A model generated the notes under the pieces. It was given only the letters and a program-made list of their open reading frames with translations, made no database searches and had not been told where the DNA came from. A DNA stretch of 64,000 nt. Source: Felis catus. Taxonomy: Eukaryota. The DNA is taken from the NCBI RefSeq assembly GCF_018350175.1, contig NC_058368.1, positions 126,172,001 to 126,236,000 on the forward strand, read 5' to 3'. Below are positions 40,353 to 52,441 of the stretch, one piece after another (the first letter of the stretch is position 1; each line of letters starts with the position of its first letter). Made by a program: the position numbers and the translations under genes.

Positions 40353-40546
40353 AGGGACTCCTGGGTGGCTCAGTCATTTAGGTGTTCGACTCTTGATTTT
40401 GGCTCAGGTCATAATCTCAGGGTCGTGAGATCCAGCCCAACACTGAGCTTCATGCAGAGCGTAGATCCTGTTTGGGATACTCCCTCACCCTCTCTCTCTG
40501 TCCCTCCCCCACTTGCACTCACTCCCTTTCTCAAAATAAATAAATA
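40353..40546 (+). mobile_element. Can-SINE
   Basis: gggactcctgggtggctcag..., ctcaaaataaataaataa tail. Confidence 0.9.
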
Positions 40547-41305
40547 ACTCTAAAAAACGTTTCAAAATTAGCAAAAGCTTTAATAATAGTAGAGTTAGGG
40601 TTCTCAAATCAGAACTATAATTTCTGCATATAGAAACATGAGAATATCTATATGAATTAAATATTCCACTAGGCATTTTCATTTATATATTTGTAAATAA
40701 ACATTAGATAAATATTAGAGATTAACCAAAATAGCCAAAAAAGAGAAAAAAGCAGCATAGGAAGACCTCTGGTTCAAGTGGTTTTTCTTTTTTTTTAAGT
40801 ATTAACATACCAAAGTTAAGATTAGCTGGTTAGACACTAAAATGATACTTTCTTGAATATATTTTTACATTAGTTCATGAAGGTAATATATATTGGTTGG
40901 GTATGTGTTGTGCATTGGTTGAGTTAGAGTCACAACCTGACCACAAGTTTTAAAATGTGTTTTCCAAATGTGAAATCCCTTTGTCCCTCAATTGCCTGAA
41001 ACTTAGGGTGGAGTTTTGTGGGTTTTTTTTTTTTCTTCCATTTAAAAACACCTGAGAAATAGAACTTAACTTCTGAGGTATAGAGATAAAACACTTTGAG
41101 CATATATTATTATCATTTATTTACAGATGAAGAAATCTTTATCCAAAGTCAAGCAGCTGGTAAATTTTAAAACCAAAATTCCATGTCATCAAAACCAATT
41201 GTTCTCAACTAGTGGCAATTTCTGATATTTAGAAGGATGGCTTTAATATGTATTCTGAGACAACTAATAATGTTGAATCTTTTTATTCAATGTATTGTGT
41301 TGTTA

Positions 41306-41517
41306 TTTTTTTTTAATGCTTATTTATTTTTGAGAGAAAGAGAGATAGAACATGAGCAGGGGAGGTGCAGAGATAGAGGGATACACAGAATCCTAATCAG
41401 GCTCCAGGCTCTGAGCTGTCAGCACAGAGCCTGACTTGGAGCTCAAACCAATGAACCATGAGATCATGGCCTGAGCCAAAATCAGATGCTCAACCATCTG
41501 AGCCTGCCATGTGCCCC
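41306..41517 (-). mobile_element. Can-SINE (SINEC_Fc type)
   Basis: T tail, caggctccaggctctgagctgtcagcacagagcc, ends gtgcccc. Confidence 0.9.
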
Positions 41518-43622
41518 TGTTCTTGTTGATGTAAGTTATTTGTTAGTATTACAGATTGCAAATACCTGCCCCCACTCAATAACTTGTGTTTTTACTTTCT
41601 TAATGGTGTATTTTGACAAATATAAGTTCTTACTCCAATTTTCAGACCTTATCTATATAGGACTTATGATTCTTCTTTTAAAGACATCTTTGCATAACGT
41701 AAGACTGAAAGGATATTCTCTATTTTATTGTTTAGAGACTTTCTTGTTTCACCTTTCACACTTAGATCTACAACTAGCCTAGAGTTAATTTTTTACACAT
41801 GGTGTGAGATAGGGATCAAGGGGTATATATTTTCACATAGTAATTCAATTGGTAGAGTAGTCATCTGTTTTCTCACTGCTATGCAATTCCACCTTTGCCA
41901 CAAATCAAATCTCCATTTAGATATAGGTCTGTTTGGGGGCTCTATTTTATCCCATTGGTTTATTTGTCCATCTTGTTCCACTTCAATATTGAAACAATTA
42001 CTGTAGTTTTACAATAAGTTTTGACATCTGGTAGCATAAGTCATAATATTTTGTTCTTTTCCCTCAAGATAGTCTTGGCTATTTTCATCCTTCTGCTTTT
42101 TCACATCAGTTTTAGAATTAACTTGCCAAATTTTACCCGCCCCCCCCCAAAAAAAAAGTCCGCTCGATTTTTATTTGTGAGTACATTTATTATATAGATC
42201 AATTTGGGAAAAAGCAAAATGCTAACTATGTAAATTCCTTCAGTCCATAGACATGGAAATACTTTTCTTTATATTTATTTCTTTTAATACAGTTTTATAG
42301 GTTTTGTGTGTGTGTGTGTGTTGAGGTTTTGCACAATTTTCACTTATTCCTAGATATTAGGTATTTCTGAAGTTATAATAAATTTTTAATTTTAATTATC
42401 TACTTCTTACTACTAGAATATAGAAATTTAACTGATACTCGCACACTAATCTTGTATCCAACAAATTGCTTAATTTCTTTATTCTAATTGTTTAATAGAT
42501 TCTCTACAAAAACCATTGAGAGTGACTAACAACAGTTTTTATTTTTTGCCTTCTTCATATGCCTACCTTTTATTTCTCCTTCTAGCTTTATTACACTAGC
42601 TAGGACAGCAAATACAATGCCAAATAGAAGTGATAATAATAAGTACCTTGTTTTATCCCATGTTACAGGGTGAAAGACTAAAAATTCAACACCAAGGATG
42701 CCGTTTGCTGCAAAATTTATTGAGATAGTTTTTTAAACAGGTTAAGAAAGTTTTGTTCTATTTCAAGCATGGTGAGTTTTGTTTTGTTTTGTTTTGTTTT
42801 GTTTTGTTTTGTTTTGTTTCATAAATGGCTATTGGATTTTATCAAACACTTTTTTTTTTGCATCTATCCAGATAGTCATGTGATATTTGTTCTTTTGTTG
42901 CTGAAGTGGTAAATTATGCTGACTGGTTTTTGAACTTTAAAATAATTTTCTTTTTATATATCAAGAAGAACCCAACTTGGTCACGATGTATTACATGTTG
43001 CATACATTATTGCATTTGAATCGCTAATATTTTGTTAGGGATTTTTAATTTCTGTTTACATCATCAAACAATTTGAATTCTTTACATCATCAGACATAGT
43101 TTGTGTAAGAGAGATATTCCTATTTCCTTAAATATTAAAAAGAGTTCACTGTAAAAACTATTCACTGGTAAAAGAAAACTGGAGATTTCTTTTGGAGAAG
43201 ATTTTAATATAGATTTAACATATTTAATAAATATACAACTATTTCAATTATCTTTTTTCAGCTTTGTAATTTGTGTATTAAGGAATCCATTTAACCTAAT
43301 TTTCAAATTTTTGTTAAAGTCATTCATAGCATCCTTTATTAACATTTTAAGTCTATGCTCTGTTCCCTGTAATATTTTTGTATCTTTCCTTCTCATTTAC
43401 TTAACATTCTCACCAGAGTTTAAAATTTTATCTTTTCAAAAAACCAACTTTTGTTTTTATTGATTTTCTCTATTGTGTTATTTTTGTTTTTGTTTTCATT
43501 CATTTCTGTTTTCATTCATTTCATGTCTGCTTATTACTTTCTTCCTTCTACTTTCTCTGTGTTTCACTTGATTTTTTTTCCTATCTACTTGAGTTGTATA
43601 TTTAGGTCATTTGAGTGTTTTA

Positions 43623-43750
43623 GGGGCTCCTCAGTGGCTCAGTCAGTTAAGCATCCAACTTCGACTCAAGTCATGATCTCACGGTTGATAAGTTCAAGCT
43701 CCGTGTCTGGCTCAGTGCTAACAGTTCAGAGCCTGGAGTCTGCTTCAGAT

Positions 43751-43795
<45 letters not shown>

Positions 43796-43853
43796 CTCCC
43801 CCACTCACACTCTGTCTCTCTCCGTCTCTCAAAAATGAATAAATGTTTTAAAA
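43623..43853 (+). mobile_element. Can-SINE (SINEC_Fc type)
   Basis: ggggctcctcagtggctcag..., (ct)n, aaaaatgaataaa. Confidence 0.9.
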
Positions 43854-44650
43854 GTTTGGATCATTTAGGTGTTTTAGCTCCTTTAATGTATGCATATAAA
43901 GCTATATATTTTTTCTAGGAGCACTATTTAGCATTATCTTATAATTTTTGATATGTCTCTTTTTTGCTGTCTTTCAGCTCAAAATATTACCAGTTTTCCC
44001 TGGGATTTTTGTTCTTTACCCAATGACTTATTTAGCAGTGTATTGCTTAATTTCCAAAAATCTGGGGGCATTCTAGTTATTTTGTAACTTATTTCTATCT
44101 TTATTATACCTTAGAACCTACTCTTTGTGACTTCAGTCCTTTATAATTTATTGAGACTTGATTTCTGGCCCAGTATGTATTCAGTTTAGGCAGATGCTTC
44201 ATGTGCTTTTGAACAGAATATGTATTCTGCAGATGCTCAGTGCTTTCTATATAAGTCCACAAAGTTACCTTTTATTATATTTTTCACATATTCTATGTGA
44301 TCACTGATTCTTCCACTGCTTACTCAGTGACTGAGTTTTTGTTTTTGTTTTTGTTTTTTACATGTCACTGTATTTATAGGCTTGCTTACTTTTTCACTTA
44401 GTTCTGTCATTTTTTGTTTTATGTATTTTGAGACTATTTTATTAAGGATGTATACAATTTAAATTATATAGTGTATCATCCTGGTGGATTGAACTTTTTA
44501 TCTTCATGAATGCTACTTTACATCTATCAATGCTTTTATTTTATCTATTCATAACATGGTATTTGTCTATTACTAATACCATCTCTCTTTTGGTTTCTGT
44601 TTTCACTCTATATCTTTTATGTTGCTTTTTCTTTTACCTTTACTACATCA

Positions 44651-44852
44651 TTTTTTTAAATGTTTATTTATTTTGAGACAGAGAGAACATGAGCAGAGGA
44701 GGGGCAGAGAGAGAGGGAGAGAGAGAATCTCAAGCAGGCTCCACACTATCAGCACAGATTCTGATGCGGGGCTTGATTCCATGAGCCTTGAGATCATGAT
44801 CTGAGCCTAAATCAAGAGTTGGATGCTTAACTAACTGAGCCACCCAGGTGCC
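44651..44852 (-). mobile_element. Can-SINE
   Basis: T tail...caagcaggctccacact...ctgagccacccaggtgcc. Confidence 0.9.
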
Positions 44853-44962
44853 TAGCCTTTCTTGTGTCTTCATGTTTAAAGTGTTTCTCTTTTATGCAGT
44901 ATATGATGGTAATTTTTAATCATTCAGTCAATTATATTAAATGTAATTAATGATATAGTTAG

Positions 44963-45711
44963 TGTCATAGACTCTGGGTCTGGAGTTCTTTCTTGTCCAG
45001 CAAGAAAGCGGGATGCAGGATTAAAATGCGAGAGATGGCTAATGTCCAAGAAAAGACAAGAGCCCTGATTAAGGGTCCTTGCTCCGTTTTTATTAGGATC
45101 AGAAGGCTTACAAACATGGTGATGGATGTGCACAAAGGGACGATGAAACTTTGAACGTTACCTCATGGGCATGAGGTAAAGGGGGTTTTGAAGATATGCG
45201 GGGCTAGGGGTTTAGGTTAATACAAAACAAAACCTTGATGCCTGGAGGGAAGTTGTTTACAGCAGATGTGAGGCACCACCTCTGTTTACCTAAACTAGTC
45301 TACGGGACAAGAAAGACAGAGCATGCTACCTCACAGTCAACAAGGAACCTTCCTTTTGTTAATCAGCTCCACTCTGGACAACTTTGCACTGCAGCAGGTC
45401 TATAGCCCCATTTACCTGTTTACCTAATTTGATCCTTCCTTCCTGTGGAAGCAGCTTTCTGCTATAGTACTAAATTGGGGGGTGTTTCTGCCCTGAATAC
45501 CTAGCCTTGTTTACCTCATGTATCTTTGCTCTATACTGGGGCCTTTGCCCAACCCTATCTGTACTGGGGCTTTTGCTTCACCCTCTCTATACTTATTTAC
45601 CTAATCTTGTTTACCCAAACTTGGGTGAGAACATCCTATGGCTTTCTAATTCTTTATGCCTTGTTAACCCATTGGTGAAAGCCCAGGGAATTCCTAAGTT
45701 TATTCCCTACA
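44963..45711 (-). repeat. 3' LTR of the ERV (749 bp)
   Basis: On the minus strand it begins TGTAGGGAA right after the PPT AAAAACAAAACAGGGGAAAC (45712-45731) and ends ...GTCTATGACA; AATAAA at 45089-45094. Confidence 0.88.
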
Positions 45712-45746
45712 GTTTCCCCTGTTTTGTTTTTCTTGGTTCTTTTAGT

Positions 45747-47735
45747 TTAGTGTTCAAGGACTGTCATGATGAGCTTCTGGTCCTTCTTTTGCTTTTGGAT
45801 GATCTGAGGGGTGATTCTGCAAAGACATAAGAAGAGACACAGTAAAAGCACTCCACTTCCCAGAGTTATCCAGAATTTGAGACGGGTGCTAGCTGTAAGT
45901 GAGAAAGGATTTAGGTTATGCCGCATTACCCAGGAATCAGCATATTCATTTTTAAGCTGATCTTTTGTATATTGTAGCTGTTGGCACAATGTCATATCTA
46001 AATTTCCTATATTGTCAGAGAAATAGGAAGAAAAGACACTGTGAAGGTGTGTGTGGACAGCATCCCAAGCTTGAGAGTGATTATAAAGAATGCCAGTTAT
46101 GCGAATATTCTGGTAATTAGGGTCACAGGGCAGTTTAGAGTGGAGGAAGAAGGTCTCCTGTAGTTTTCTAATAAATTCCACTGCAGCCTCAAGAACTTCT
46201 AGGTGGGCCAAAACTTGTCTATCAATGGAAGTCTGGCTTATAAATTTTTTGGTAGTGTTGACCATAAATTTATTAAGGACCTGGGCTATCTGGATAGTAT
46301 GATGCAGGCTGATGCCAGCTACAGTGGCAGAGGCAATAACGCCTACTGCTGCTAGGATGCCCATGATTAACAGGCCAACAAATCTTTTTTGCCTTAGAGT
46401 AGAGTGCCAATGTCAAATGAGCTTAGAAAGTGTGCCTAGTCTTGATGAATGCATATAGGGTTCAGAGCTATTAACAGGAACCCAGGCTGAGACGCACTGT
46501 TGAAGTTCAAATAAGGAGGAGATATTTAATTGGGTAACGTTATCATTACTTACATAGGACATAAACCAGCCCTGGCAGGTAGAGATATTATAACTATTTT
46601 ATAGTTGTTGGGTCTGTAAAGTGAAGGTAGCAAAGAGAACGTAGAGAGAAGGGACACAAATAGTGGTCCATGCAAATTGATGGTTGTGCCAGGGAGGCCC
46701 AAGTTAGGTTAACATGTCGTTTTACATAAATTTCACCAAGGCTAATAATATAAGTGAAGAAGGGAAGACCTAGTTTCCAAAGATTAACAAGCCAAGGTCC
46801 TTTTAATTTCCCTTTATGTGCAGAAATTATAGGGCCAGACAATCCTCTGTCTTTCCAAAAAATATTCTCCCTACTAAACTAGTCAAAGGATATGGTCTTA
46901 TTTGAATATTTCATTTCAAGATGTCCTCTAGGACCCTGTCAATAACAGCCCAATTACCCCAGTGAAGATTATGCTCAGTCTCTCCATAACAGGTTGTCCA
47001 AGATACATTATTCCAGGGCCTAGAGACTAGAGTAAACTATAACATTAGGAGTGTGATATATGCTTGTTTTTTGAGGCATATCAAAGCTTGTGGCTGAGAA
47101 CAAGGTAAAATTGGCCTTGTAGAAGTTTTGGGCTGTATATGCAAAATCCAGTTTATTTTTAGTTTAACACAAGTAGATAAGTTGCTAAGTTTAGTAACAC
47201 ACATAGGAGGTGCTGAAGCAAGCCGTCACTGAGGTCTTGGCATATAAAGCCAAGGCTCTTGTTCTGTTTGGAAGGGTGGCTTAAGATTGGCTCCTTCCAT
47301 GAACTCAATGTCATTATTGCTAATAGGAATATCCCAGTCTAGGAATGTTAAGCTATCAAATATAGGTGGGTTAAGGCAATGAGCCCAATATGAATATTGA
47401 ACTTGGCCTGGACAAATGAGGGCAAGGAGTAGAATCAGGATTACACAAATCGAATTTCTGTCAGTGATGGAGATCATGGTCATCAGAAGCGAGTCAGGGG
47501 TGTATGCAATACCATTGTGTTGTAACAGGATGCCGGCCTGGTTAAGCAGGTGTTTAAGGCTTCCCCCATGTTATATCAGGGGCAAGGACTTGCATTTGTA
47601 GAAGGCTTCAGGATGATGAGTCCATGAAGAGGCTTCTTCCATGTTGAAAAAGGGGGCTGGTGGCCACTCATTCAGAGTCATTCTCTGGAAGTCTTGGTTC
47701 ATTGGAAGATATCCTGGGGGTCTCTACCATGCCAT
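45747..47735 (-). pseudogene. env: Betaretroviral env (SU disrupted, TM frame open)
   Basis: Signal-peptide motif PDITWG-SLKHLL..TPDSLL, SU start YSYWAHCLNPP, furin site RQKR (46383-46394), fusion peptide FVGLLIMGILAAVGVIASATVAG, membrane anchor FWITLGSGVLLLCLFLCLC; stops and frameshifts in SU. The 5' boundary is approximate. Confidence 0.92.
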
Positions 47736-50215
47736 GGTGAGGCTTCACCAACCAAGAGGGAATCCACAGAGGTCCGGAATCTGAAAGAATACAAGCATAT
47801 CCTCTACCCCAGGTGAGAAGTTTAGTCGGCCCAGACCATGTGGGCCCCCTTTGGGGGCTTTGTACAGCACCATAGGGTGAGAGGGTTTACTTGGTTTTGA
47901 AGAATGCTGTTCAGCTACAGTTAGTCCTTGAGGGTCAAGATTTAAAAAATGAAGAGTAATCACAGCACGATCGACATGAAGTTGAGGTTGTAATGTAGAC
48001 AGTCATGGGTTCCCCTTTTCTGTTTTTTTTAACATGTTTTTGAGCATGTTATATGCTCGTTCTATAATAGCTTGGCCTTGTGGGTTATAAGGAATACCCG
48101 TAATATGTCAGATATTCCATAAGGCACAGAAGTCATGAAATGAAGACATAGGTTGAGCTGTTATCTGTCTTACTTGTGTGGGGGAAGCTCCAGGCTGCAA
48201 CAGCATGCAAAAGACGATGAATGACCGCTTTGTTGCTTTATTTTGTATGAGTTGAGGCAAAAATAACACCTAAGTAAGTATCTACAGATGCATGGATATA
48301 CTTATGTTTACCAAATGCAGGGTAAACTGTAACATCTGTCTATCAAATCTCATTAGGCTTGAGGCTGCAGGGGTTTATTCCTGCTGGGAAGGAAACAGGG
48401 GATAGTAATTGACAGTCTGAGCAGGAGTGAATGATTTGTTTGGCCTCATTCACAGTAAGGTTGAATTGTTTGGTTAAAGCTTGCCAGTGTTGATGGTAAA
48501 GATTATGGGAGGCTCTGGCTTCAAAAAGATGATAACATTCTTCAGAAACAATGTTGTCAACTAGGGCATTGCCTTTAGCAATGGGCCCAAGAAGGGATGT
48601 ATGGGAAAGAATGTGAATGAAAATGTGAATGAAAAAGAGCCAGGAGGTGTAAGAGATTAGAGCTAGTTGAATACTTTGGAGGAGTATAGTAAAGGCAGTG
48701 TCTGGTGGGAGGTGAAGAATGTGAAAAGGAAAATTTTTCATTAAATTCACTGTATATTGAGAGTCAGAAACAATGTTTAAAGGTTGGGGAAAAGTTTCTA
48801 ATGCTAATAATACGGCTTGTAATTGTAAATGCTGCGTAGAGCCAGGTCCAGTATAAGAAATATGTCCCCAGTTTTTCCCAACTCTCCAAAGGCAAGAAGC
48901 CTTTGTTGTTATAGCATGACTCTCTCAGGAACAATGTTAATTTCCTGGTGAATCTTAAACCAAGGGTCAGAGGGGAGCCCATAAACAATATTGCCCACAT
49001 AATCTGTGAGGGCCAACTGTAGCCAGTGATTTAGAGATGGCCCTATCAAAAATGTGCTGCAAGTTGGCAAGTGGATGCTTGCAGGGTCCTGACCTAATAA
49101 TTCTCAGCATCTCCAACATCCCTTTTGGATTAATTGTGCTATGTTGAATATGAGTGGGGTGAGAATATGTTTAAGACTAACGTGGATTAAGGGCCATTCT
49201 ATTTTTAAAACTTTTTAACAGCGGCTTGCCCAATTAACGCAGTAGAAAAATCTTTAGTATTAAGAATATATAGCTGCAAAGAAAGGTTGGGATTTTGCCT
49301 ATCATAACTACAAGAGGTAAGAATGGACTGAATATTCTCCAGCTCCTTCTTTGCTGCCGGGGAGAGCTGGTGTGGTGATGTTAAATTAGGATTACCAGAA
49401 AGCAGTGCTAGGAGGTTGGTTAGATGGGTATTAGTAATGCCTAGGGGAGGATGAACCCAGTTAATGGTGTCCAACAATTTTTGTACATCATAAGAGTACA
49501 AACATCATTAGGAATGGACTGAATGAGGGGATGAATTTGAGTATGAAACATTTGCAGTCCTAAGAAAGAAAAAGGAGTTGACTTTTGTACTTTCTCAGGG
49601 GATATTTTTAAACCCTGTTTGTTTAGTGGGTCAGGGAGAATGGCAAAGAGCTCATCTAGAGGTTGTTGATGCTGGGCACAAAAAAGGATATCATCCATAT
49701 AGTGATAAATGATCAAAAAAGGAAACTGCTTTCTAATTGGTTCTAATGCTTCTTTGACATAAAATTGGCATATAGTTGGGCTACTAAGCATCCCTTGGGA
49801 GAGGACTTTCCAATGGTTACGGCATGTTGGCCAGCAGTGATTAAGATCAGGAATGGTAAAGGAAAATTTCTCTCTTGTTCAGCTAACAGGATTGTGAAAA
49901 AGCCATCTTTCAAATCAGTAGTAAGAATTGGCCAATTTTGAGGCAACATTGAAGGAGAGAGGGTTCCTAGCTGCAAGGACCAAAAGGCTCAATTCCTGAA
50001 TTAATAGCTCTAAAATCATGAAGAAGTCGCCACTTGCCAGTTTTTATAGGCGTATTCCAAGGGCACCTATTGGGCTCTATATGCTCATTTTCTAACTGTT
50101 CATGTACTAATTGTTGGAGATGAATCAATCAATCCACTTTTATTGGCCACTGCTCAACCCATACAGGTTTGTTAGTTTTCCATTGGGAGGGACTTAATTT
50201 GAGCGGTGGCTAGGA
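47668..50215 (-). pseudogene. pol: Betaretroviral pol (RT-RNaseH-IN), multiple frameshifts/stops
   Basis: [97 protein letters not shown]. Confidence 0.95.
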
Positions 50216-50485
50216 AAAACTTGTTTTACGCTGAATATTCCATTAACTCAGTACGTCTCTACCCCATAAATTGATAGGGATATTCATTATATAGGGCTGT
50301 ATGTAGGCTATCTGGTCATCAGGCCTTAAACATTTACATAAAGTGAGACTTTGTCAGGAAGACTGGGTGCCTCCCACTCCAACCAGGGTGGCTATAGGTA
50401 GCCCAGTGAGAAGACCATTGGGTGGAGGATATAATGGTTATATCAGCCCCTTTATCTATTAACCCCGAGAAAAGTTTAGGACCAC
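50210..50485 (-). pseudogene. pro: Retroviral aspartic protease remnant
   Basis: FSGLIDKGADITII (DTG motif mutated to DKG), LVGVGG flap and PINLWGRDVL; stop at 50210-50212. Confidence 0.88.
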
Positions 50486-50489
50486 CATT

Positions 50490-50720
50490 CAACCCACCAC
50501 AATAATCTAATGAGTTCTTAATATCAGTTATTGTTTTTATAGCTCTCTAATTTTCTTTTGATTCCTTACTCATATTCCAGTTCTTTGCAGGAATTCTTCA
50601 GGTTTATCTTTAGTTTTTGAACTTCTTAATCCCAGTGATTTTAATATCCGCATCTGATAAACTCCAATAGCAACATTTTCTGCACTCTGTTTTGTTATCT
50701 GTTTCTTAATCTTAATTTAT
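50490..50720 (-). mobile_element. Old L1M ORF1-region remnant
   Basis: 'atctaatgagttcttaatatcagttattgtttttatagctct...' resembles antisense L1M ORF1. Confidence 0.55.
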
Positions 50721-52329
50721 AGCCCCAAGTCTTGTCTCTTGGATAAATTACTTTTACAAACAAAAGGTACATTAAAGGTCCCCACAGTTAACTGAAAGAA
50801 TTATGCAATTCTTTGAGCATTTTTATTACGAAGGGAAAATACCTTATTCGTAAGAGTGAATAGTACTTGTTTTCTTTTTTGTCTGCTTTTATTTGATCAG
50901 AAGATGATAAATACAATTTCTCCTTTAATTTGTATATGCCTATATACATGAATGGTATCACATAAAGAAATTTTAGGTAATGATTATGGCTTATTGAAAA
51001 ATATCTATTATTGTGAGATATTGAGCATTGTGAAAATCCATGAAAAAGATATTAGAAAAAAGAGTTGTAAAATATTTTGGTTCTTTTGCACACTTGTAAA
51101 ATCACAAAGATGTCAATATATTTGAGTTTAAAAAACTTTTATGTTTTCTTTTCCCTTCAGACTTGGTACATGTAAATGGAAGAAAACAGGTAAAACCAGC
51201 ATTTAATAATTTAAAACTTAAAATCCTACCAATGAAGACTTGGGCTGACTTATCCAAAAGGAGAGTCAGAAATAATCTAGATAACCAGCAAAATAACCAA
51301 ATTGCAATTTAGCTTTAATGTTGAAAACACGGTTAGCATGTTGCTTCTCAGGTGTGATTTCTGCAATCTTGTTCAACGTCTCTTGTTAAGCACAATGAAA
51401 TCTGTCCTTAGTTTTTTGCTAAAAGGTATTTCTTCCTCCACTTGTCATATGCAACAAATGCAGGTGGGGGGAGCCAAGTTCCATCCTAGGCTATTTCTGT
51501 AGGAGCTTCAGTTGGGTTTTGGGTTTGTGGTATAACAATTTGGAAAACCTTTCAAGATAGTATCTTTGTTGAAACCATTGGCTTTATGGGTGTAGTTCAG
51601 GACCCATTGTTTCAACCTGACCTTTGTCAGAATGACACAGAAAGTCCCATGATGCAGGAAGGGTCTACTTACTCATTGGTTTGGTTAGGATGTATTTAGT
51701 TGGGTCCGTGGAAGCAAGGAAAAAGTGAGTAAACCTATTTTGATGAGGTAGTAGAATAAAGTAAAAATGGATCATATTTCCAAATTCCAATTATTTCTTT
51801 ATGCCAAAACTAAAACCTTGTAATAATTATTACTTTTGTATGGAATTTGAGACTCTCTATGTTAACAATTGTGATAAATTAACTATGACATGACTGACAT
51901 AGGAACTTTTTAACATTTCTTATTAGGAATGGTGGGTTGATTTTCTCCTTTATTTCTAAGAGCACATGAATAAAGGAGAGTCTTACCAGAAACTAATCAG
52001 TTTATTAGGATGATTCTAATTGAGACAGAGACAGCCTGAAACTAAGATTTACACCACATTCCCAACTACACAGTAATTGATAAAGGGGTCAGTGTGACAT
52101 ACTTTGGATCCTTCACCACAGAATTCTAGCTGACTCCACAGCACCTTCTAGAAACATCTCTTATTTACACAAAACTTAGTTACCCCACTTTTATTTTCCC
52201 TCCCATGTCTGCCCCAAATTTAGAGACCCATTTTACCCATCTTCCAAGTAGCCCGTTATAAACAATACATTTTGCTTCAGAACCCAGTGCATACACATAC
52301 ATGTGTGTAAATATATACACACAAAAGAC

Positions 52330-52441
52330 ATCCAGGCCATATCCCACATCTCCAGAGTCAGAGTCTTTGGGGACGGGGCTCAGCCATATGTCTATTTTAT
52401 TCCACAGGTGAGGAAGATGTTTAATCAGGTTGAAAATCACT
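52330..52441. mobile_element. MER5-like hAT DNA transposon fragment
   Basis: 'agagtcagagtctttggggacggggctcag...caggtga...ggttgaaaatcact'. Confidence 0.55.

Larger units (their letters stand above)
41235..44962 (-). mobile_element. Old L1M ORF2 region (host of the ERV; continues at ~50490-50720)
   Basis: Antisense L1 ORF2 remnants, e.g. 'QINQWDKIEPP' (cf. DQWNRIESP) and 'cccaacttggtcacgatgtatt'; endonuclease-region sequence near 44000-44560. Confidence 0.8.
44963..50485 (-). mobile_element. Endogenous betaretrovirus (ERV2/ERVK class), 5'-deleted provirus
   Basis: 3' LTR + PPT, beta-type env, pol with YMDD and a [13 protein letters not shown] integrase, and a pro remnant, all collinear on the minus strand. 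Confidence 0.95.

Noticed and set aside
44963..50485. Replication-competent or L1-retrocopied ERV
   Set aside because: pol/pro/SU carry many stops and frameshifts and gag is missing; a complete LTR end without poly-A argues against a retrocopy.
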